Source of the DNA: Escherichia coli
Lineage (GTDB): Bacteria > Pseudomonadota > Gammaproteobacteria > Enterobacterales > Enterobacteriaceae
Assembly (NCBI RefSeq): GCF_003334385.1
Contig: NZ_QOWN01000056.1
Strand: one strand, 5' to 3'
Length of the DNA stretch: 28,549 nt
The translations under genes and the position numbers were made by a program. Under the pieces are notes generated by a model. The model had not been told where the DNA came from, searched no databases, and worked only from the letters and a program-made list of their open reading frames with translations. Each line of letters starts with the position of its first letter. Within the stretch, counting starts at the first letter, position 1. Below, one piece after another: positions 21,199 to 28,549 of this stretch.

Positions 21199-21222
21199 AG
21201 GCCGGAGACGACGCCCCGGCCT
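21199..21222. terminator. GC hairpin between convergent fucR and rlmM (aggccgg ... ccggcct)
   Basis: Inverted repeat within the 43-bp convergent spacer. Confidence 0.4.
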
Positions 21223-21228
21223 TGCCTG

Positions 21229-22329
21229 TTATCGCTCGTCGCGACGACCACCCACCGCAGCCCAGATGCGGCGGACGTGCACCGTCACTTCTTCGCGATC
21301 GTGATACAACTGCCGCGCCTGAATCTGAGCATTTATGCCATGTTCATCAAGCTGTGCCTGAATATACGCCAGATTGTGTGACACTTCTTCGTAGCGTTTT
21401 TTCATCGGCAGTTTGAGGTTGAAAATGGTTTCACGGCACCAGCCATTAACCAGCCACTGCGCCATCAATGCCGCAACTTTCGCCGGTTTTTCAACCATAT
21501 CGCATACCATCCAGGAGATATTGCTGCGCGTCGGACGGAATTTGAAACCGTCTTCCCGCAGCCACGTCACCTGTCCGGTATCCATCAGACTTTGCGCCAT
21601 CGGGCCGTTGTCGACGGAATAAACCCACATGTTGCGCTTCACCAGTTGGTAGGTCCAGCCGCCAGGGCAAGCGCCTAAATCCACCGCCCACATCCCGTTC
21701 GCCAGGCGTTCATCCCACTCATCCGCAGGAATAAACACATGAAATGCCTCTTCCAGTTTGAGCGTGGAACGACTCGGCGCATCTGCCGGAAATTTCAGGC
21801 GCGGAATGCCCATATAGAACGGCGAATTATTGTTGCTGTATGAGTAACCGGTATAGCAGCAGCCTGGTGCAATAAAGAATACATGCACAACCGGACGCTT
21901 CGGCGTTTCATAGTTCGCCAGCACCCCGGCATCGCGCAAGGCAGCGCGTAGCGGAACAGTAAATTTACGGCAGAATTTCAGTAACTCTTTGCTTTCGTTG
22001 GTATCGGCAACTTCAACACGCAGTTCACCGCCCTTCTCTACTACGCCCTGTAACATGCCGACAATGGGGGTAATACGATCTTCTGGCGGCAAATGCTGCA
22101 GGAGTTCCCCCACCACAAACCACTGGCGGGCAAAAATTAATGAACTGAACGGCAGCTCACGGATTAACTTATCGCCATCATCAGGTTGATAACATTCATA
22201 AATGACATAACCCGCATTCTCTTTCACGCGGGCAAAACCGAAAATTTCCCGCTGGCCGGCTTTATCGGTAATTTCTGCGGCGCACTCTTTTTCAAAGCCC
22301 GGACGGCACAGCAATACAACCTTATTCAT
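21229..22329 (-). CDS. rlmM: 23S rRNA 2'-O-ribose C2498 methyltransferase RlmM (YgdE; 366 aa)
   Basis: [48 protein letters not shown]... (THUMP-like N-terminus plus SAM-dependent methyltransferase domain); ATG 22327..22329 overlaps the ygdD 3' end by 8 nt. Confidence 0.9.
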
Positions 22330-22717
22330 GACTTACGCCCTTGCGCTTTAAACGGATAGCACCAACTAACATTAACGCCCAGCCCGCGAGGAAGCTCACG
22401 CCGCCAACCGGAGTGACAAACGCCCACAAACGCAGATGGGACAGCGCCAGGCAATAAAGGCTGCCGCTGAACAACACCGTGCCTAACGCGAGGAAAACGC
22501 TACTCCAGTAAAACCAGATACTGATGCGACGCTGCATTGCCACCGCCAGACCTAAGATCGCCAGCGTATGAAACGCCTGGTATTCGAGGCCGGTCTGGAT
22601 CCAGCCCATCTCAACGGCCCCCATGGTTTTACTTAACACATGCGCGCCAAAAGCGCCCAGAGCCACAAAAATGAAGCCGCTAATGGCGGCGAAAATCAGC
22701 ATAAAACGGCTGGTCAT
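22322..22717 (-). CDS. ygdD: Inner-membrane protein YgdD (DUF423; 131 aa)
   Basis: [33 protein letters not shown]..., four predicted hydrophobic segments. Confidence 0.85.
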
Positions 22718-22735
22718 GGTCGTACCCTACGTAAA

Positions 22736-23653
22736 TTATTGTTCATAACGAAAGCGGAATTTTTCTTGTTCAGCAGCGGCTTTCGCCAGGATCCATTGGC
22801 GAAAGGCGGCTATTTTACCCAGTTCTGCCTGACTGTCATGACAAACCAGATAAAAAGCATTTTTACTGACCAGAACATCATTAAACGGGCAAACAAGACG
22901 TCCGGCCTCGATTTCAGATTGCGCCATCACGTTATTTGCCAGCGCCACTCCCTGCCCGTGGATAGCCGCTTGCAGCACCATGGCGCTATGGCTAAAAATT
23001 GGCCCTTGCTGAACGTTGATATGATTTAACCCCAACTGTCGGGTATATGTCTGCCAGTCACGGCGCGAAGCATCATGTAATAACGTATGTTTAGCCAGAT
23101 CTTCCGGTGTCTTCAAGGGTTTTTCGCCAGTCAGCAGTAGCGGCGAACACACCGGCAATAAATATTCGGCGTACAGTTTTTCCACCCGTAGCCCCGGCCA
23201 GTTGCCCCGACCATAAAATATCGCCACATCAACATCATCCGCCAGCTTATCTTCCTGACGATCAACCGCCTGGATTCGAACGTCAATTCCCGGATAAGCT
23301 GAATTAAAGCTGGAAAGTCGCGGAACCAACCAATGAATGGCGAAACTGGGGAGTAAACTGACCGTCAACGCCCCCTTGGCGCTACGGGCCTGGAGTTTAC
23401 GCGTCGCTTCGGTTAATTGCGAAAATATCTCTTTGATATCGAGGAAATAGCTTTGCCCTTCCTCGGTCAGCAGGAGTGAACGATTACGGCGGCGGAACAG
23501 TTTTAGCCCCAAAAAATCCTCAAGAGACTTGATTTGATGACTTACTGCGGCTTGGGTCACAAAAAGCTCTTCTGCTGCGCGAGTGAAACTTAAATGGCGT
23601 GCTGCGGCATCAAAAACTCGTAAGGCATTTAGCGGTGGTAATCGTTTAGACAT
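22736..23653 (-). CDS. gcvA: LysR-family glycine-cleavage regulator GcvA (305 aa)
   Basis: ORF MSKRLPPLNALRVFDAAARHLSFTRAAEELFVTQAAVSHQIKSLEDFLG... (LysR HTH). Confidence 0.93.
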   Translation of the reverse strand: MSKRLPPLNALRVFDAAARHLSFTRAAEELFVTQAAVSHQIKSLEDFLGLKLFRRRNRSLLLTEEGQSYFLDIKEIFSQLTEATRKLQARSAKGALTVSLLPSFAIHWLVPRLSSFNSAYPGIDVRIQAVDRQEDKLADDVDVAIFYGRGNWPGLRVEKLYAEYLLPVCSPLLLTGEKPLKTPEDLAKHTLLHDASRRDWQTYTRQLGLNHINVQQGPIFSHSAMVLQAAIHGQGVALANNVMAQSEIEAGRLVCPFNDVLVSKNAFYLVCHDSQAELGKIAAFRQWILAKAAAEQEKFRFRYEQ

Positions 23654-23781
23654 GGCTATTAAACTTTGATGTTAAATGAATTTAACAATTAGATCACACT
23701 ATGTAAACTATTAGTTTTTTTAATCTGAGCCATTATAAATTGTCCGTTGAGCTTCTACCAGCAAATACCTATAGTGGCGGC

Positions 23782-23987
23782 ACTTCCTGAGCCGGAACGA
23801 AAAGTTTTATCGGAATGCGTGTTCTGGTGAACTTTTGGCTTACGGTTGTGATGTTGTGTTGTTGTGTTTGCAATTGGTCTGCGATTCAGACCATGGTAGC
23901 AAAGCTACCTTTTTTCACTTCCTGTACATTTACCCTGTCTGTCCATAGTGATTAATGTAGCACCGCCTAATTGCGGTGCTTTTTTTT
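23782..23987 (+). ncRNA. gcvB: GcvB small RNA (~206 nt), divergent from gcvA
   Basis: Sequence ACTTCCTGAGCCGGAACGAAAAGTTTTATCGGAATGCGTGTTCTGGTGAACTTTTGGCTTACGGTTGTGATGTTGTGTTGTTGTGTTTGCAATTGG... including the G/U-rich seed region, ending in hairpin gcaccgc-ctaatt-gcggtgc plus a T7-8 run; -10 tatagt at 23770..23775. Confidence 0.88.
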
Positions 23988-24003
23988 ACCTTGCGATCGC
24001 GAA

Positions 24004-24231
24004 TTACTGATCCAGTTCGACCATCTCTTTCACGTCAGTACGGTTGATCTGCTGTTTGTTGCCATTAGCGTCTTTATACGAAATCATACCGGTATCGTTA
24101 TCAGTCTGTGGTTTGCCGTCAGAGACGATGGTACGTCCGTCATTGGTGTGCATCACATAGTTCGAACCGGAACAGGCGCTCAGGGCAAAAGTCAGCATAC
24201 AGGCAGAAATAATTGCGGCAGTCTTTTTCAT
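24004..24231 (-). CDS. ygdI: Small lipoprotein YgdI (DUF903; 75 aa)
   Basis: ORF (M)[28 protein letters not shown]... with signal peptide and lipobox LSAC; RBS aaggag 6 nt upstream of the second ATG. Confidence 0.82.
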   Translation of the reverse strand: MKKTAAIISACMLTFALSACSGSNYVMHTNDGRTIVSDGKPQTDNDTGMISYKDANGNKQQINRTDVKEMVELDQ

Positions 24232-24422
24232 CATCTTCTCCTTAAAGCGATTAATAAATCTTAATAGTATTGATTAACAGGCTAAAATTAACGCCTAACA
24301 CTATTCAGCATATGTTACTTACGCGGCTTCGCCAGGATATCCAGATAATTCTGATGGTTAGCACTCTCCTTGTATCAAAGTGAATTTTGCGTCACGATCG
24401 GTGCATCAAGCCGAGGAGTACC

Positions 24423-25628
24423 ATGAACGTTTTTAATCCCGCGCAGTTTCGCGCCCAGTTTCCCGCACTACAGGATGCGGGCGTCTATCTCGACAGCGCC
24501 GCGACCGCGCTTAAACCTGAAGCCGTGGTTGAAGCCACCCAACAGTTTTACAGTCTGAGCGCCGGAAACGTCCATCGCAGCCAGTTTGCCGAAGCCCAAC
24601 GCCTGACCGCGCGTTATGAAGCTGCACGAGAGAAAGTGGCGCAATTACTGAATGCACCGGATGATAAAACTATCGTCTGGACGCGCGGCACCACTGAATC
24701 CATCAACATGGTGGCACAATGCTATGCGCGTCCGCGTCTGCAACCGGGCGATGAGATTATTGTCAGCGTGGCAGAACACCACGCCAACCTCGTCCCCTGG
24801 CTGATGGTCGCCCAACAAACTGGAGCCAAAGTGGTGAAATTGCCGCTTAATGCGCAGCGACTGCCGGATGTCGATTTGTTGCCAGAACTGATTACTCCCC
24901 GTAGTCGGATTCTGGCGTTGGGTCAGATGTCGAACGTTACTGGCGGTTGCCCGGATCTGGCGCGAGCGATTACCTTTGCTCATTCAGCCGGGATGGTGGT
25001 GATGGTTGATGGTGCTCAGGGGGCAGTGCATTTCCCCGCGGATGTTCAGCAACTGGATATTGATTTCTATGCTTTTTCAGGTCACAAACTGTATGGCCCG
25101 ACAGGTATCGGCGTGCTGTATGGTAAATCAGAACTGCTGGAGGCGATGTCGCCCTGGCTGGGCGGCGGCAAAATGGTTCACGAAGTGAGTTTTGACGGCT
25201 TCACGACTCAATCTGCGCCGTGGAAACTGGAAGCTGGAACGCCAAATGTCGCTGGTGTCATAGGATTAAGCGCGGCGCTGGAATGGCTGGCAGATTACGA
25301 TATCAACCAGGCCGAAAGCTGGAGCCGTAGCTTAGCAACGCTGGCGGAAGATGCGCTGGCGAAACGTCCCGGCTTTCGTTCATTCCGCTGCCAGGATTCC
25401 AGCCTGCTGGCCTTTGATTTTGCTGGCGTTCATCATAGCGATATGGTGACGCTGCTGGCGGAGTACGGTATTGCCCTGCGGGCCGGGCAGCATTGCGCTC
25501 AGCCGCTACTGGCAGAATTAGGCGTAACCGGCACACTGCGCGCCTCTTTTGCGCCATATAATACAAAGAGTGATGTGGATGCGCTGGTGAATGCCGTTGA
25601 CCGCGCGCTGGAATTATTGGTGGATTAA
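24423..25628 (+). CDS. csdA: Cysteine sulfinate desulfinase / cysteine desulfurase CsdA (401 aa)
   Basis: [42 protein letters not shown]... with PLP motif [16 protein letters not shown]; RBS gaggag at 24412..24417; the longer ORF from 24387 is likely a spurious extension. Confidence 0.9.
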
Positions 25629-26071
25629 TGACAAACCCGCAATTCGCCGGACATCCGTTCGGCACAACCGTAACCGCAGAAACGTTACGCAATACCTTCG
25701 CACCGTTGACGCAATGGGAAGATAAATATCGCCAGTTGATCATGCTGGGGAAACAGCTTCCGGCATTGCCAGACGAGTTAAAAGCGCAGGCTAAAGAGAT
25801 TGCCGGATGCGAAAACCGCGTCTGGCTGGGATATACAGTGGCTGAAAACGGCAAAATGCATTTCTTTGGCGACAGCGAAGGGCGCATTGTGCGCGGCCTG
25901 CTGGCGGTGTTGTTGACTGCCGTTGAGGGGAAAACCGCCGCCGAGTTGCAGGCACAGTCACCACTGGCATTGTTTGATGAGCTGGGATTACGTGCGCAGC
26001 TTAGCGCCTCACGCAGCCAGGGGTTAAATGCGTTAAGCGAGGCGATTATCGCTGCGACGAAGCAGGTTTAA
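25628..26071 (+). CDS. csdE: Sulfur acceptor protein CsdE (YgdK, SufE-like; 147 aa)
   Basis: [48 protein letters not shown]... [12 protein letters not shown] (SufE-type active Cys); start overlaps the csdA stop (TAATG). Confidence 0.9.
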
Positions 26072-26083
26072 GCACAGAACCGG

Positions 26084-26113
26084 GTCGGATAAGACGTTCG
26101 CGTCTCATCCGAC
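26084..26113. terminator. REP-like palindrome between convergent csdE and tcdA (gtcggataagacg-ttcg-cgtctcatccgac)
   Basis: 13-bp arms with one mismatch between the two stop codons. Confidence 0.5.
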
Positions 26114-26121
26114 CTGATTGT

Positions 26122-26928
26122 TTAACCCTGACGCGCCGCTTTCGCCATCATCTTCTTCAGCGCATGAGAAACCGCAACAAACCCAAAGGTGGCGGTCACC
26201 ATCGTTGCCGCGCCAAATCCAGATGCACAATCCATCCGCTTCGGCCCTTCTGCCGTGGCTTTCATCGCACACACCGTACCGTCTGACTGCGGGTACACCA
26301 GCGCTTCAGTAGAAAACACGCAATCCACGCCGAGCTTACCTTTACTGTTTTTCACTACGCCAAAATCGCTTTTCAGGCGCTCGCGCAACTTCGCCGCCAG
26401 CGGGTCCTGAATCGTTTTCGCCAGATCGGTAACCTGAATCTGCGTCGGATCAATCTGCCCACCCGCGCCACCGGTTGTGACCAGTGGGATTTTATTGCGC
26501 CGACAATAAGCAATCAGCGCCGCTTTGGGCCGTACACTATCAATGGCATCAATCACGTACGAATAACCCACGCTCATATACTGCGCTACGTTATCCGGCG
26601 TCACGAAATCATCCACCACCGTTACACGGCACTCCGGGTTAATCTGGCGAATACGCTCCGCCATAACTTCCGCTTTTGCCAGCCCAACGTTATCGCGCAG
26701 GGCATGAATTTGCCGATTGGTATTGGTGACGCACACATCATCCATATCGATAAGCGTGATTGCGCCAATCCCCGTGCGCGCCAGCGCTTCCGCCGCCCAG
26801 GAACCGACACCACCGATACCAACCACACAAATATGCGCGTCAGCAAACAGTTGCAACGCTTTTTCACCATACAGACGCGCTGTGCCACCAAAACGCTGAC
26901 GCCATGCATCACTAATTACCACAGACAT
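26122..26928 (-). CDS. tcdA: tRNA threonylcarbamoyladenosine dehydratase TcdA (CsdL/YgdL; 268 aa)
   Basis: ORF MSVVISDAWRQRFGGTARLYGEKALQLFADAHICVVGIGGVGSWAAEALARTGIG... (ThiF/MoeB E1-like fold). Confidence 0.9.
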   Translation of the reverse strand: MSVVISDAWRQRFGGTARLYGEKALQLFADAHICVVGIGGVGSWAAEALARTGIGAITLIDMDDVCVTNTNRQIHALRDNVGLAKAEVMAERIRQINPECRVTVVDDFVTPDNVAQYMSVGYSYVIDAIDSVRPKAALIAYCRRNKIPLVTTGGAGGQIDPTQIQVTDLAKTIQDPLAAKLRERLKSDFGVVKNSKGKLGVDCVFSTEALVYPQSDGTVCAMKATAEGPKRMDCASGFGAATMVTATFGFVAVSHALKKMMAKAARQG

Positions 26929-26981
26929 AGCACCTCAGAATTAAAAAGGGCGAGGTTATCCCTCACCCTAAACGCATAAAT

Positions 26982-27010
26982 GCCTGATGCGCTACGCTTA
27001 TCAGGCCTAC
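26982..27010. repeat. REP element (gcctgatgcgctacgcttatcaggcctac)
   Basis: Canonical E. coli REP palindrome motif. Confidence 0.7.
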
Positions 27011-27044
27011 ATAACTCCTGCAATATTTTGGATTTGCATGATTT

Positions 27045-27078
27045 GTAGGCCGGATAAGGCGTTCACGCCGCATCCGGC
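27045..27078. repeat. REP element (gtaggccggataaggcgttcacgccgcatccggc), inverted relative to the first; together a BIME-like pair
   Basis: Canonical REP motif; the REP pair lies between the mltA stop and the tcdA start. Confidence 0.7.
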
Positions 27079-27166
27079 ATGAACAACGCGCACTTAGTCA
27101 ATAATCAGGATGTGAGGTTACCCCTCACCCTGTCATATCCGTAAAAACGGCATACAGAATATCACA

Positions 27167-28264
27167 TCAGCCGCTAAAGACGTTACCTGCGCCCGGGGCG
27201 GTTTTCAGCACCCAGACACGTCCATAGTGGTTGTACCAACCTGCGCGGTGTCCGGCTTCCGGCCCGATCCCTTGATAGATATCGAAGTGTTGGCCTTTGA
27301 TTGCACCACCGACATCCAGCGCCACCATCAGACGCAGTTCGTACTGACCATTAAATTTGCCGTTATTATCCAGCAACGGCACTTCTGCCAGCAAGGTAGT
27401 ACCTGGCGGAATAATGGAACGATCAGAGGCAACTGACGCGCGACCAACCAGCGGCACCGCACTTGCCCCTTTCACCGGAGCAAAAGATTGCGGTTTAAAG
27501 AAGACGAAAGACGGGTTCTGTTCCAGCAGCTCGCGAACCTCGGCTTCACTGTGTGTTTCGCCCCAGTGACGAATCGCCTGCATCGACATATCTTCTTTTT
27601 TCACTTCGCCACGGTCGATCAGCACCTTACCAATGCTGCGATAGGCATGACCGTTTTTCCCTGCATAGCTGAAAAAGTTAAGCGGACTGCCATCACCAAA
27701 GTCGATATACCCACTACCCTGCACATCCATAATGAAGTTATCCATCAGGGAGTTACTGTAAGCGAGAATATATTTATCACTCAATGCCCCCGCGTAGATC
27801 TCCGCACGAGACGGCAGACGACCACGTTTTGGCGGCATACGGTAAATAGGATACTGGAACTCGCCCTGGCGGGTATGGCGCGCCTGAATTACCGGCGTGT
27901 AATAACCGGTAAACTGCACGTTACCATAGTTGTCGGCACCTTCCATCTGCCAGGCATCAATGCCGAACTGGCGCATATTGCGGGTATCACCGCCTGCGCG
28001 CAGCCACTCTTGCACCGCGTTATAAACATTACTCTGGTTGCCATACAGACGCGGTGACGAATTACGGATATGGTTAATTTGCTCGGCAAAATCACCGGCG
28101 TTAATCGGCGCGCCAACGGCATCTGGCTGGTTCACCAGAGAGAAAGGCTGGGTAAATTTCCCGTCTTTATATTGCTGTCCGCGATCGGTTGGTTTGGAAG
28201 AGCAGGCGGCAAGCATTGCCACAACCGTGCCCATAAGAAGGTACTTTACCCAACGTCCTTTCAT
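27167..28264 (-). CDS. mltA: Membrane-bound lytic murein transglycosylase A, MltA (365 aa, lipoprotein)
   Basis: ORF ...MKGRWVKYLLMGTVVAMLAACSSKPTDRGQQYKDG... with lipobox LAAC; the open frame extends upstream to 28546 but the internal ATG at 28262..28264 with a signal peptide is the credible start. Confidence 0.9.
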   Translation of the reverse strand: MKGRWVKYLLMGTVVAMLAACSSKPTDRGQQYKDGKFTQPFSLVNQPDAVGAPINAGDFAEQINHIRNSSPRLYGNQSNVYNAVQEWLRAGGDTRNMRQFGIDAWQMEGADNYGNVQFTGYYTPVIQARHTRQGEFQYPIYRMPPKRGRLPSRAEIYAGALSDKYILAYSNSLMDNFIMDVQGSGYIDFGDGSPLNFFSYAGKNGHAYRSIGKVLIDRGEVKKEDMSMQAIRHWGETHSEAEVRELLEQNPSFVFFKPQSFAPVKGASAVPLVGRASVASDRSIIPPGTTLLAEVPLLDNNGKFNGQYELRLMVALDVGGAIKGQHFDIYQGIGPEAGHRAGWYNHYGRVWVLKTAPGAGNVFSG

Positions 28265-28431
28265 TGTTCTCTTCTTCAGGTTAAAAAATAAGGCGCAACG
28301 AAGATAACAAACCGCCGCGTTTAATGAAATGAGCAGCCTCTCCCTGACGCAAATTTTGCACAAAAAATAGGCTTTAGTGATTTGTTTTTGTTCAAAATCA
28401 TGCCAAATCCGTGATCGGGGTAAAAAAAAGG

Positions 28432-28459
28432 TTGCATGAAAACGCGAGCGGAGTATAGT
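28432..28459 (+). promoter_or_regulatory. Sigma-70 promoter for the initiator tRNA gene (-35 ttgcat 28432..28437, -10 tatagt 28454..28459, 16-bp spacer)
   Basis: Near-consensus hexamers correctly spaced, about 14 bp upstream of the tRNA 5' end. Confidence 0.65.
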
Positions 28460-28472
28460 GCGCATCCACGGA

Positions 28473-28549
<77 letters not shown>

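Overview
This window reads as a syntenic stretch of Escherichia coli (K-12-like) core chromosome, identified from the translated ORFs and sequence motifs I recognise, not from any search. Gene order is gudD-gudX-gudP (minus), yqcA-truC-yqcC (minus), csrB sRNA (minus), syd (minus), queF, ppnN, sdaC-sdaB, xni, fucO-fucA (minus), fucPIKUR, rlmM-ygdD (minus), gcvA (minus), gcvB sRNA, ygdI (minus), csdA-csdE, tcdA (minus), mltA (minus) and an initiator tRNA-fMet at the right edge. I do not see a novel multi-gene system (no defence island, toxin-antitoxin pair, CRISPR array, prophage or biosynthetic cluster); every substantial ORF is a well-known housekeeping or catabolic gene. The distinctive points are: (1) the window opens inside the terminal ~77 bp of an IS186-like element that truncates gudD after about 131 codons; (2) the paralog gudX carries a 1-bp frameshift, so both glucarate-dehydratase-family genes look inactivated while the transporter gudP is intact; (3) several unannotated-looking repeat structures in intergenic regions (evenly spaced ATGACCG half-sites in the fuc control region, 18-bp direct repeats flanking a REP pair, a 20-bp-stem palindrome upstream of gudP). 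Coordinates were counted by hand and protein identities come from memory of E. coli sequences; a BLAST or ISfinder search would be decisive for each.
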